From an uncultured Clostridia bacterium (GTDB lineage Bacteria; Bacillota; Clostridia; TANB77; CAG-508), in assembly GCA_934119935.1 (NCBI GenBank), contig CAKOSX010000005.1, forward strand, positions 4,933 through 68,932: 64,000 nucleotides of DNA, read 5' to 3'. Positions 1 to 9,377 of the stretch are shown in pieces (the first letter of the stretch is position 1; every line of letters begins with the position of its first letter). A program made the position numbers and the translations under genes. The notes beneath the pieces were generated by a model. That model saw only the letters and a program-made list of their open reading frames with translations. It had not been told where the DNA came from and did not search any database.

Positions 1-823
1 GGCCTACTATTTTACCATACTCATTTAATTTATGTGTATACTCTTCTATCTCTTTTAACGTATTAATTCTGCTATAAATCTTGTCAAAGTAAGTCATACA
101 CATCATTTTTTGTGTTTCCATATATAGCTGTATTATCTTCTCTTCACTTCTTTTTTCTTCATTATTTTCATCCAGGATAGCATCAAAGTTTGATAAAATC
201 TTATTTGTATTTTCTTCGAATGTGTTATACAAATCATTTTCAAAATCTACTGTTCCATCTATCGCACTCTTAATAAGATTCTTCTCTCCTACAAAGAATA
301 ACAACTGTATTACTAAGCTCGTAAGATATGGATAATATTTATCATTTATTGTATAAATCGATATACTTTCATTATTCTTCCTATGTGGATTTTCTCCAAT
401 AGCTTTAGAAGCAATGTATTGGGTAACTGCTTCATTAAGTCCTAGACAATATATTTTAAATTCCGCAAAGTTACAAACCCCTATTCTTTGCTCACTTCCA
501 TCAAACTTTCTAAAATTTTGAAGATAATGAATACATTCTTGAATAACCTTCTCATCAATTTTGGCTATGTCAAACTTTTCGTCAAAATACAACGTATTAT
601 TAGGGTAAAAATACACAACATTTCCAAATTTAGGTGCAACTTGAGCATAACTCATATTGCAATTATAAATTCGCATATATAATTCATTATAAGAATCTCC
701 AAGCTCGTGTATGTTGTCAGCTAACTTCTCGGCAACAACCTTAGCTATATAATTCGTTTCATTAAACTCAAACTTTCTAGTTGGAATAATTCCAAGCACA
801 TTTAAACTTTTCTCTATATTCAT
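1..823 (-). CDS. hypothetical protein, truncated by the window edge (N-terminal ~274 codons present)
   Basis: Manual minus-strand translation from the ATG at 823 (MNIEKSLNVLGIIPTRKFEF...) stays open to position 1. It is absent from the ORF track because no stop lies in the window. No family recognised. Confidence 0.5.
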   Translation of the reverse strand, partial: MNIEKSLNVLGIIPTRKFEFNETNYIAKVVAEKLADNIHELGDSYNELYMRIYNCNMSYAQVAPKFGNVVYFYPNNTLYFDEKFDIAKIDEKVIQECIHYLQNFRKFDGSEQRIGVCNFAEFKIYCLGLNEAVTQYIASKAIGENPHRKNNESISIYTINDKYYPYLTSLVIQLLFFVGEKNLIKSAIDGTVDFENDLYNTFEENTNKILSNFDAILDENNEEKRSEEKIIQLYMETQKMMCMTYFDKIYSRINTLKEIEEYTHKLNEYGKIVG

Positions 824-920
824 AATCTTCCCTTATAATACATTTTTCTTTATTATATACTATATTACGGTAAAATTATATTGCATTTTTATTAAATTTA
901 TATTACAATTTTATTTCATA

Positions 921-1030
921 TACATTTTAGGGACGGAGAAAAAAATGTACATTTTAATAGAATTAATATATACTGTACATTTTTTTCTCCGTCCCCGAAT
1001 TGTACCGAATTGTACACTAATTGTACAAAC
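921..1030. repeat. Family-A palindromic repeat pair with a short loop (GGGACGGAGAAAAAAATGTACA ... TGTACATTTTTTTCTCCGTCCCC), followed by three AATTGTAC sub-repeats
   Basis: The inverted copies were read directly at 930-952 and 974-996. The same motif recurs at 9249, 42051, 50578/50793, 62271/62455 and 63013. Confidence 0.85.
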
Positions 1031-1058
1031 AAAAAAGACGAGGCTTTCCTCGTCTTTT
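1031..1058 (-). terminator. rho-independent terminator downstream of rny
   Basis: Hairpin GACGAGG/CCTCGTC, followed on the minus strand by a T-run. It lies 20 nt after the rny stop. Confidence 0.8.
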
Positions 1059-1078
1059 AAATTTATTTGTTTTTTAAT

Positions 1079-2620
1079 TTATTTTGCGTAGTCTACAACT
1101 CTTGTTTCTCTTATGATGTTTACTTTTATTTGTCCTGGATATTCCATTTCTTCTTCTACTTTCTTAGCAACATCTCTTGCAAGAATTGTCATATCTGCAT
1201 CTGAAATTTGCTCTGGTTTTACAACTATTCTAACTTCACGACCAGCTTGAATTGCAAATGATTTTTCAACTCCTTTGAATGAGTCTGCAATTGATTCTAG
1301 TTTTTCCAAACGCTTGATGTAATTTTCAAGTGTTTCTCTTCTAGCTCCAGGTCTTGAAGCAGATATTGCATCGGCTGCTGCTACTAAAACAGCTTCTACT
1401 GTTTGTGGTTCTACGTCTCCATGGTGAGCCTCTACCGCATTTATTACTAATGGATTTTCTTTGTATTTCTTAAGAATATCTACACCAATTTGAACGTGAG
1501 TTCCTTCTACATCATGATCTAGTGACTTGCCAATATCATGTAATAATCCTGCTCTTCTTGCAAGTTTTGGGTCTAATCCTAATTCGTCTGCCATAATTCT
1601 TGCTAAGTTAGAAACTTCTATTGAATGGTTTAATACATTTTGACCATAGCTTGTTCTGTATTTTAATTTTCCTAGCAAGTTTACGATGTCTGGATGAAGT
1701 CCAATTACACCTGTTTCCATGCAGGCTCTTTCTCCTTCTTCCTTGATTGTTTCGGCGACTTCTTCTTTTGCCTTTTCAACCATTTCTTCGATTTTTGCTG
1801 GGTGGATTCTTCCATCTTCCATCAATTTTTCAAGAGCTATTCTTGCAATTTCTCTTCTTAATGCATCAAATCCAGATATTACTACTGCTTCTGGTGTATC
1901 ATCAATTATTAAGTCTACTCCTGTTAAAGTCTCTAATGTACGGATATTTCTTCCTTCTCTTCCTATTATTCTACCTTTCATTTCATCATTTGGTAGTGGA
2001 ACTATAGATACAGTTGTTTCTGCTGTATGGTCTGCCGCACATTTTTGAATAGCATATCCAATTACTTCTCTTGCATTTTTTATAGACTCTTCTTTAACCT
2101 TATTTTCTGCAGCCTTTATTAAGTTTGCTTTCTCTAAAGTTAATTGCTTGTCCATATCTGAAAGTAATTGATTTTTTGCTTCTTCCTTAGATAATCCTGA
2201 AATTCTTTGAAGCTCTTGCATTTGCTTGTCCAAAGTTTTTGATATTTCTTGTTTCTTATTTTCAAGCTCTTGCTTCTTGTTTTCGATTTCTTGTTCCTTT
2301 CTCTCAATGTGCTCCATTTTGTTTTCAAGATTTTCCTCTTTTTGTAATAATCTTCTTTCTTGTTGTTGTACTTCGCTTCTTCTTTCTCTAATCTCGTTGT
2401 CAAGATCTTTTCTACTGTTCATGATCTCTTCTTTAGCCTTAAAAATTTCTTCCTTCTTTTTGTTTTCGGCTTCTTTTTGTGCAAGGTTAATTATTTTTTT
2501 TGCCTCTTCCTCTGCACTCCCTAATTTTGATTCTGCTACTTTTTTTCTTATTGCCATACCTACAAAGGTAAAAATGATTGCTGAGACTAGAAAAATGGCG
2601 ATATAAATTACAATTTGCAT
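1079..2620 (-). CDS. rny: ribonuclease Y
   Basis: N-terminal membrane helix, long Lys/Glu coiled coil, KH region ([12 protein letters not shown]) and HD domain (LLHDIGK, EAHHGD). Confidence 0.95.
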   Translation of the reverse strand: MQIVIYIAIFLVSAIIFTFVGMAIRKKVAESKLGSAEEEAKKIINLAQKEAENKKKEEIFKAKEEIMNSRKDLDNEIRERRSEVQQQERRLLQKEENLENKMEHIERKEQEIENKKQELENKKQEISKTLDKQMQELQRISGLSKEEAKNQLLSDMDKQLTLEKANLIKAAENKVKEESIKNAREVIGYAIQKCAADHTAETTVSIVPLPNDEMKGRIIGREGRNIRTLETLTGVDLIIDDTPEAVVISGFDALRREIARIALEKLMEDGRIHPAKIEEMVEKAKEEVAETIKEEGERACMETGVIGLHPDIVNLLGKLKYRTSYGQNVLNHSIEVSNLARIMADELGLDPKLARRAGLLHDIGKSLDHDVEGTHVQIGVDILKKYKENPLVINAVEAHHGDVEPQTVEAVLVAAADAISASRPGARRETLENYIKRLEKLESIADSFKGVEKSFAIQAGREVRIVVKPEQISDADMTILARDVAKKVEEEMEYPGQIKVNIIRETRVVDYAK

Positions 2621-2927
2621 AATCTAACACCTCTTTCTATTAAATTTTCAATGTGCATAAATATATATCTAATACTCTCTCTAAATATATAAATTTTATT
2701 TAATTATCTATCTATAATTTTTATATTAGCTATACTTTACATATACTATTTTATATGTATTATTGACAACTGTCAAGTATTTTTTGTAAAAGTATAATTA
2801 TAGCCTTTCAAAAAAATTACCATTTTTTTCAACATTTTTAACGCTTATTTATAACTTTATCTGTTGTGTCACATATAAAAAAGATGGTTACTATTTGTAC
2901 TGAACCCAAAAAGTTGGACAGTATAAA

Positions 2928-3749
2928 TTAGGCTACTAACTCGGAATGTTCTCTGTATTGAACAGGGGACATTCCTTTTAGTTTGCTCTTAATTCTTCTG
3001 TTATTATAATATTCTATATATTCAATTATATTATTTTCTAATTCTTCTATATTTTTATACTCTTTTTCTTTTATATAATAGAGCTCTGATTTTAATATTC
3101 CAAAAAAGTTCTCTGCACATGCATTATCTAAACAATTTCCTTTTCTTGACATACTTTGCCTAATACCCTTTTGTTCTAATAAATATTGATATTGTTTCAT
3201 TTGATACTGCCATCCCTGATCAGAATGTAATATTAAATTGGTATTATCTGGTATTTTATTAAATGCTTTTTTTAACATATCTACTACTTGATTAAATACT
3301 GGATGTCGAGATAAATTAAAGCTTATTACTTCACCGTTAAACAAATCTACTATTGGTGATAAATAAAGTTTATCATTATTAACTTTAAATTCCGTTACAT
3401 CTGTAGCCCATTTTTGGTTTGGCTTATCTGCCTTAAACTCTCTTTTTAATAAATTATCTGCTATTTTTCCTATTGTTCCTTGATATGAATTATATCTTCT
3501 TTTTGGTCTTTGAATGCTTTGTAATCCCATTATTTGCATTATTCTTGCAACTGTCTTATGGTTTATTATATAGCCACGATTTCTCATTTCTAATGTTATT
3601 CTTCTATAACCATAACGTCCTTTATTTTCATTAAATATAGATAAAATTTCGTCTTTTTCTGCCTTATATTTATCTTTTTTCTTCATTTTTTTTAGATTAT
3701 AATAGAATGTACTTCTTGGTATTTCTGCTAATTTTAATAATTCTCTCAA
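2928..3749 (-). CDS. IS3-family transposase OrfB (DDE integrase core), probably made as an OrfAB fusion
   Basis: rve-type core (WATDVTEF..., HSDQGWQY, NACAENFF). The frame stays open upstream (VIVVDELRHKYS) into the orfA overlap. Confidence 0.9.
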   Translation of the reverse strand: MRELLKLAEIPRSTFYYNLKKMKKKDKYKAEKDEILSIFNENKGRYGYRRITLEMRNRGYIINHKTVARIMQIMGLQSIQRPKRRYNSYQGTIGKIADNLLKREFKADKPNQKWATDVTEFKVNNDKLYLSPIVDLFNGEVISFNLSRHPVFNQVVDMLKKAFNKIPDNTNLILHSDQGWQYQMKQYQYLLEQKGIRQSMSRKGNCLDNACAENFFGILKSELYYIKEKEYKNIEELENNIIEYIEYYNNRRIKSKLKGMSPVQYREHSELVA

Positions 3750-3781
3750 GCTATATTTGTGCCTTAATTCATCGACAACAA

Positions 3782-4291
3782 TTACTTTTTCTTGTTCTCT
3801 CGCTTGATTCTTTCCTGAACTAAGGCATTTAATTTTTTTAAGTATTCATTCTCCATTCTAAGTCTTTGATTTTCTGCGATTAAATCTTCTTCAACTTCCT
3901 TGTTCAAATTTTTCTTTCTTGGTTTAGAACTCATATTTTTCGACCTTCCACGTCGTTCTATATACAAACCTTGTGGTCCTTCCTCATAATATATACGTTC
4001 CCATTTACTAACTACATAATCTCCTGCTAAATTAAAATGAATTGCTGTTTCATGACATGATAAATGGTTCTCATGCATGTATTCTACTACATTTTGTTTA
4101 AAATTTCCACTATAACTTGATCTCTGATTTTTCATTAATCCTACATATCCATTTTCTTTGTATTTTCTAACCCATCTAAGAACGGGGGAATATGCTATAC
4201 CAAAGTGGTCGGCTGCTGTTTGATATCCAACATTATTTTCTAAATAATATTTTATAACCTCTAATTTAAATTCACTCGAATATTTACTCAT
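3782..4291 (-). CDS. IS3-family transposase OrfA (HTH)
   Basis: Short HTH protein with a leucine-zipper-like C-terminus ending in NKKK, in the 0 frame upstream of orfB. Confidence 0.9.
   Translation of the reverse strand: MSKYSSEFKLEVIKYYLENNVGYQTAADHFGIAYSPVLRWVRKYKENGYVGLMKNQRSSYSGNFKQNVVEYMHENHLSCHETAIHFNLAGDYVVSKWERIYYEEGPQGLYIERRGRSKNMSSKPRKKNLNKEVEEDLIAENQRLRMENEYLKKLNALVQERIKRENKKK
3785..3793 (-). other. probable -1 programmed frameshift site (AAGAAAAAG) joining orfA to orfB
   Basis: The orfB frame is -1 relative to orfA, and an A-rich slippery run sits directly before the orfA stop. This is the usual IS3 architecture. Confidence 0.6.
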
Positions 4292-4362
4292 AAAAAATGA
4301 ACCCTCCTTGTTAAACTTTTTTGTCTAACATTTTGGGTTCACTTCAATTTGTGTAACCATCC

Positions 4363-5667
4363 TTATTTCAGACTAATATATTCTTTGTAATTTATATCTT
4401 TTTTTCTATATGCACTTGGGCTCAATCCAACTCTTGTTCTCATATAATTTATTATTAAAATCATTATTGTAAAAAATACTATTCCAAATATTATCATTGA
4501 GTGTTTCATATCAAAGTTTGATGAGATTATAGCTCCAAAAGCACATATTATTAAGTTTCCAAGTCCTATTACAAAACTATGTGCAGAATATACTTTGTTT
4601 GCAACCTCTCCATTTGTAAAATTAGTTATATATTTTTTTATTAAAACATAATAAAATCCAGTTGATAAATAACGTACTACATATGTTGCAACAATTATTC
4701 CTATAATCAACCAATATGGCAATCCTGTAACGGCTATAATTCCAGCCATTAGGCATGCTAGTGTATATGATATTCCAACTATTGAAAGAGTTTTGTTTTT
4801 ATACTTTTGGTGTATTTTTTCATGCTGTTTCGATGATATACCTGCTATTATTTGCATTACCGCATAAATAATTCCTGTTACAGAAGCTGACAAACCAACT
4901 TCATCTAGCAATCCCATTTCATATGTATTCATAACCATTATAATTCCATACATCACTCCCGAAAACAACATAAGTGCTTTTAATCTGCTCGAATTAAATA
5001 TGAATGAGAAAGCTAATCTTAGGTCTCTGAAATATGTTTTGTAGTATTTCTTGATGTTTTCTTGTTTCTTTACCTGATTCAATTCTGTGAATCCTGTTGC
5101 AAGTAGTGCCGATATAATCAAGATTATTACACATATAGCCATTGGAATATATCCATTTATGTCATATAAAAATCCTGATATTATTGCAGAGATTGCTGAA
5201 AAGTAATAAAAATTTCCAACCGATTTTCCGTCAATTTTAGAATATATTTGACTCTTCTCTGCCACATCTGGAATCGAGGAATTTAAAAGTCCTGGTTCGG
5301 CAACATCCTTCATTCCAACGGCTATTGCTCCAAATAAATTTGCAAAAATCAACATAGGTACAGAGGTTGATAGCATTATTAAGAAAACAGATATAGCTTG
5401 AAAAATGTCTGCTATAATCAAACTTTTTCTATTTCCAATTTTGTCTATTACAACTGTTACAGGTATTTGAAACATAACTTTAAATAGTCCTAAAAATGCA
5501 CTTACAGTTACTATGTCACTCGCCGAAAAGCCTTTTATTTGCGTTAGAAATAAAAACTTTATGGCATAGTAAAATAGCAAATCGAATGTGAGCATTCTAT
5601 GAACTGAATATATTCTCATATTTTTCTTTCTTGCATCCGCTATTGCTTTTTCTTCTGCTTCCATCAT
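4363..5667 (-). CDS. MFS-type transporter
   Basis: About 12 predicted hydrophobic helices and an MFS-like loop (DKIGNRKS). Substrate unknown. Confidence 0.65.
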   Translation of the reverse strand: MMEAEEKAIADARKKNMRIYSVHRMLTFDLLFYYAIKFLFLTQIKGFSASDIVTVSAFLGLFKVMFQIPVTVVIDKIGNRKSLIIADIFQAISVFLIMLSTSVPMLIFANLFGAIAVGMKDVAEPGLLNSSIPDVAEKSQIYSKIDGKSVGNFYYFSAISAIISGFLYDINGYIPMAICVIILIISALLATGFTELNQVKKQENIKKYYKTYFRDLRLAFSFIFNSSRLKALMLFSGVMYGIIMVMNTYEMGLLDEVGLSASVTGIIYAVMQIIAGISSKQHEKIHQKYKNKTLSIVGISYTLACLMAGIIAVTGLPYWLIIGIIVATYVVRYLSTGFYYVLIKKYITNFTNGEVANKVYSAHSFVIGLGNLIICAFGAIISSNFDMKHSMIIFGIVFFTIMILIINYMRTRVGLSPSAYRKKDINYKEYISLK

Positions 5668-5763
5668 TACTCCTATTTTATTTATAGATTTTTTTGCTTA
5701 CAACTTTAAGGTGTAAAACTAGAATCTTCTAGTCGTTAAATTATTAGTTAGTTAATTAATTAT

Positions 5764-7188
5764 TTATTTTAAATTCCATGCACCATCAGCCTTTATCATG
5801 TCAATCATATTTGAACTAATTGTCACAACTGGTCTTAAGAATTTACCATCATCGTCAGTATATAATTGAGAACTCATCATGCAAGTTCCAAAAGTCCTTG
5901 TTGAATAATTTAACAAGTCAAAATCGGCTCTATTTTTATGGCTTACTACCGTTCTTGTTGCAAGCCAATATTCAACTCCACAATTAATAATTTCTGCTGC
6001 TGCACCATAGTTTTCCTCATTAATCTCTATGCCATAATAATTCATTGTTATAGTTAAACTTGAATTATCAGCCTGAGTATATGTTTCTGTTGTAGGGACA
6101 CTATATACCTCTGCACTTCCATCATATGGATCTATGGTATTTACAATATTAGGTTGTGTCACCTCACTACTTCCTATTCCAGCGCCCTTTTGTGTTGCAT
6201 ATATTTTTGGATAATAGCTTGCTCCATCAGTAAATGTTATAGTTTCTCCATATTTAGCGCCTTCGCTTTCATATACATATGTATTTCTTTTTTCAAATCC
6301 ATTAGCTGTTAAATGTCTTTCCATGTTAACCAAGTTAATACTCCTTGCGGTCACCCCAAGTCTACTATTGCTGTACTGTTTTTTACAAATATCATTCATA
6401 AAATATACTGCATTATTATAACCTACTGCATTTCCAAAATAAACATTATCGTTTGTTGCTTTTTCACTTACAAGTTCTATCTTCTTATTAGTGTTATCTA
6501 TGTTAAATATTCTCCATTTTAGCCCTGTTGTTTGAGGCACTCCATCCGTTGGATTTTTAGTCGAACCACAAGTAGCTTCTTCAAGAACATAGTTTGGTGC
6601 TTCATCATAGGTATAATTCACATAATCACCTATTTTAAATTTTTCAACTTTTTTGGTTGCTGATGAAGAGTTCCCTTCTACATCTGTTGCCTTAACAACC
6701 ACATTGTATTCTTCAAATCCTAAAGATATGTCATCAAAAGTGTATGATTTTGCCCTATTATCATATTTTGGAGTTGTAAAATGTTCTCCACCATCTATAC
6801 TATATTCAATTTTTGCCAACCCACTTCCAGTCTCAGTTACATTCACAGATACCTTAAACGATGTATCTGTTACATATGTTACATCCATACTATTTATTGT
6901 TGGTGCATCTTCGTCATTTAAGATAGTAGCTCCATCATTAGCAATTGTAGTTCCTTTTAAAGAATCTATTCTGTTTTGCCCTTCTTTCTGTGCTTTTTCA
7001 ATGTTTGCTTTTATCTCTTTTGCTTTTGCAACCATTCCATTATCTCCTGTTACAAGAGATATTGTTGCACCAGCTAGAATAATCATTACAATTATTGTTA
7101 CTGTTAAAGAGATTAAAGTTATACCTTGTTCTTTTTTAATTGTATTCTTTTCATATTTATCCATAAAATTCCTTGGCCTTTCAATCAT
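5764..7188 (-). CDS. prepilin-like N-terminal domain protein with an Fn3-like domain and a large C-terminal domain
   Basis: KEQG-ITLISLTVTIIVMIILAG helix followed by GDNGMVAKAKE, then a beta-rich Fn3-like segment. The true start may be the internal MDKYEK. Confidence 0.6.
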   Translation of the reverse strand: MIERPRNFMDKYEKNTIKKEQGITLISLTVTIIVMIILAGATISLVTGDNGMVAKAKEIKANIEKAQKEGQNRIDSLKGTTIANDGATILNDEDAPTINSMDVTYVTDTSFKVSVNVTETGSGLAKIEYSIDGGEHFTTPKYDNRAKSYTFDDISLGFEEYNVVVKATDVEGNSSSATKKVEKFKIGDYVNYTYDEAPNYVLEEATCGSTKNPTDGVPQTTGLKWRIFNIDNTNKKIELVSEKATNDNVYFGNAVGYNNAVYFMNDICKKQYSNSRLGVTARSINLVNMERHLTANGFEKRNTYVYESEGAKYGETITFTDGASYYPKIYATQKGAGIGSSEVTQPNIVNTIDPYDGSAEVYSVPTTETYTQADNSSLTITMNYYGIEINEENYGAAAEIINCGVEYWLATRTVVSHKNRADFDLLNYSTRTFGTCMMSSQLYTDDDGKFLRPVVTISSNMIDMIKADGAWNLK

Positions 7189-7345
7189 TTGTTATTCTCC
7201 TTATATCTATTATTTCTTATTATATAGTAAAGATTTTATTTTTTCAACAAAAAAAATAAACTAATTAATATTTTTATGTTTATCCGTTAAAACTTGCTTG
7301 TTACTGCAATTTCGGTTTCTATAAAAATATAAATTAGCTTTTTTT

Positions 7346-8191
7346 CTATTTTATATATATATTTGGATCTACATTTTCGCCATCTTTCTTAATTTCAAAA
7401 TGGATATGCGTGTTATCTGCAATTTCAAATCTTGCTGTATTTCCAACAGTTGCTATGGTTTGCCCTTGCTCAACTTGCTCCCCAACACTTATAAATTCGG
7501 CTGTTAGCAAATTAGAATATATACTTTCAAATCCATTTTCATGTTCAATTACAACTGTAAGTCCGAATCTTGGATCATTTTTTATCGATTTAATAGTTCC
7601 ATTAGCCGAAGCTTTTACTATATCTGTTTTTTGAGCAGCATAGTCAATTCCAAGGTGCGTGGTCCATTCGTCCAAGGTTGCTGAATACACCAGATTATCT
7701 TTTGAATAGTCTTTTAATTTTTCTCCTTCAACAGGTTGTATAAAAGTAGGATCTTTTGTTTTCTCGCCTTCGTCTGCATTTTGATTTTCTGATATATTAA
7801 CTTTCTCTGTGTTACTTTGTTCTGTTTTTTCTGCATTCTTAGAAGTTTCTTTTTTATTTTCCAAATTGCTTGTATTAACAGCCATCTTGTTTGTTAAGCT
7901 TTCATTATTTTCTTGTTTTGTAGTATCAATTGAATTTGATAATTCGTTTACAGTTTTACCAATTGAGCTACTTGTAGATTCAGTGTTTCCAATTATGTTC
8001 ATCATATTTTTGTCTGATGATGACGCAATTTTTTGAGTATTGTTTATTTGTTTTGCCTGTCCTGCCATTCTTCCGCTATACAATACATACGCCATCACAA
8101 AGGCAATAACAGCAATTATTGCTATAACTCCAAAATAAATAAAACCTACATTCTTGTTCGCCTCTGTATCTCTTCTGCCTCTTCTATTCAT
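7346..8191 (-). CDS. membrane-anchored M23/LytM-domain protein, SpoIIQ-like
   Basis: N-terminal TM segment plus a C-terminal M23 domain (HLGIDY, HIHFE). It sits next to spoIID, as in C. difficile. Start set at MNRRGRR, which has an AAGGAGG SD; the ORF-track start at 8251 is an upstream extension. Confidence 0.6.
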   Translation of the reverse strand: MNRRGRRDTEANKNVGFIYFGVIAIIAVIAFVMAYVLYSGRMAGQAKQINNTQKIASSSDKNMMNIIGNTESTSSSIGKTVNELSNSIDTTKQENNESLTNKMAVNTSNLENKKETSKNAEKTEQSNTEKVNISENQNADEGEKTKDPTFIQPVEGEKLKDYSKDNLVYSATLDEWTTHLGIDYAAQKTDIVKASANGTIKSIKNDPRFGLTVVIEHENGFESIYSNLLTAEFISVGEQVEQGQTIATVGNTARFEIADNTHIHFEIKKDGENVDPNIYIK

Positions 8192-8299
8192 ACTTTTCCT
8201 CCTTATTTTTTTATTAATAAAAGTATTTCCATTTTTTCTAAATATATACATAATATTAATTTCAAAATAAGGATACTCTTCTAAATTTTATTATTATAT

Positions 8300-9313
8300 T
8301 TATAATGTAGTAATTTCCACTCCCGTATAGTAATGTTTTATAATCTGTTCATAATTGTTCCCTTGTTTAGCCATGCTATCAGCACCGGTTTGACTCATTC
8401 CAACTCCATGGCCATATCCCGTTACCGAGAATTTTATTTCACTCTCATTTATTTCTGTTTTAAAGTTAGCAGACCTTAATCCTAATAAATTTCTTACTTC
8501 AACTCCGGATAATTCTAAGTTTCCAATTTTTATTGTTTTTACTCTATTTCCTTGAGTATATTCTAGTACCTTTATACAATCACTTTCATCATAATTTATT
8601 GTAAATTCAGGATGTTTTTCTTTCATCTTATTTTCGAATTCTTGCTTGGTAAATACTGCTTCAGATTGATATTGGCTGTATCCCTCTTCACCCGCAGTCT
8701 CCACACTTTGCAAATATGGTAGATTGGCTCCACCCCACACATTTGAAACTTCTTCGGTTTTTCCCCCGCTATTCGAATGAAAAAAAGCATCTATCACTTC
8801 TCCATTATATGTTACCACTTTTCTTGAAGTTGAATTTACAGCTTCTTTTATTTTATCCCAATTACTTTCTCTTTCACTTTCTTCCCATCTTGCGAACCTG
8901 TCTTCCTTCGAAATCCAAGCCTGACAACACGCAGAATTATCACAAATATCTGCTCCTTCATGTTTATTAGAGTTATGTTCAATAATATACCTTGTATATG
9001 TTCTTGCAACAACAGCTTGAGCCTTCAATGCTTCTTCTTCAAAATTTGCTGGCATCTCAGCAGACACAACGCCTAATAAGTATTCTTCCATTTTCATCTC
9101 TTCTATACTGTTATCTTTTGTATGCAAAATCTTCACTGTTAAATCTTCGCCCAATAGGGACGCCCCCTTTTGAGCGAAGTTTTCTTCATCATTTTGTTGC
9201 ACATTATTGCTGATTTCTTTGTCTTTTTCAAGTTCTCCGACTCGTTTTTTGTACAATTTTTTCTCCGTCCCCAAACTGTACAAATTGTCCAGTAAATATA
9301 ATCGGTATGGCAA
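8300..9313 (-). CDS. spoIID: stage II sporulation protein D (SpoIID/LytB lytic transglycosylase domain); 5' end disturbed by repeats
   Basis: VVARTYT, HSNSGGKTE and GHGVGMSQTGA motifs. The track start is a TTG, and the membrane anchor is in another frame (see 9228-9359). Confidence 0.85.
   Translation of the reverse strand: MPYRLYLLDNLYSLGTEKKLYKKRVGELEKDKEISNNVQQNDEENFAQKGASLLGEDLTVKILHTKDNSIEEMKMEEYLLGVVSAEMPANFEEEALKAQAVVARTYTRYIIEHNSNKHEGADICDNSACCQAWISKEDRFARWEESERESNWDKIKEAVNSTSRKVVTYNGEVIDAFFHSNSGGKTEEVSNVWGGANLPYLQSVETAGEEGYSQYQSEAVFTKQEFENKMKEKHPEFTINYDESDCIKVLEYTQGNRVKTIKIGNLELSGVEVRNLLGLRSANFKTEINESEIKFSVTGYGHGVGMSQTGADSMAKQGNNYEQIIKHYYTGVEITTL
9145..9179. repeat. Family-C hairpin repeat copy inside the spoIID linker coding region
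   Basis: CTTCGCCCAATAGGGACGCCCCCTTTTGAGCGAAG closely matches the reverse complement of the dnaK-dnaJ terminator hairpin at 52084-52116. Confidence 0.7.
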
Positions 9314-9359
9314 ATGTAGCCAATATGATTAGCATTACAATTATTATTAAATTCTTCAT
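9228..9359 (-). CDS. short ORF encoding a signal-anchor helix (MKNLIIIVMLIILATFAIPIIFTG...), likely the displaced N-terminus of SpoIID
   Basis: GGAG SD then ATG, about 20 nt after the sigF stop. The ORF runs through the family-A repeat and stops at TGA. It is offset by one nucleotide from the spoIID body frame. Confidence 0.5.
   Translation of the reverse strand: MKNLIIIVMLIILATFAIPIIFTGQFVQFGDGEKIVQKTSRRT
9249..9287. repeat. solo Family-A repeat inside the spoIID 5' region
   Basis: TTGTACAATTTTTTCTCCGTCCCCAAACTGTACAAATTG. Confidence 0.85.
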
Positions 9360-9377
9360 CATTTTCTCCATAATAAT

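Larger units (their letters stand above)
2901..4341 (-). mobile_element. IS3-family (IS150-like) insertion sequence, 1441 bp
   Basis: Imperfect terminal inverted repeats: TGAACCCAAAAAGTTGGACAG at 2901 versus the reverse complement TGAACCCAAAATGTTAGACAA ending at 4341. They enclose overlapping orfA/orfB. Confidence 0.9.

Noticed and set aside
2763-2800. TTGACA ... TATAAT on the plus strand upstream of the IS.
   Set aside because: The spacer is about 24 nt and the orientation points away from rny into the IS end. It is not a credible promoter.
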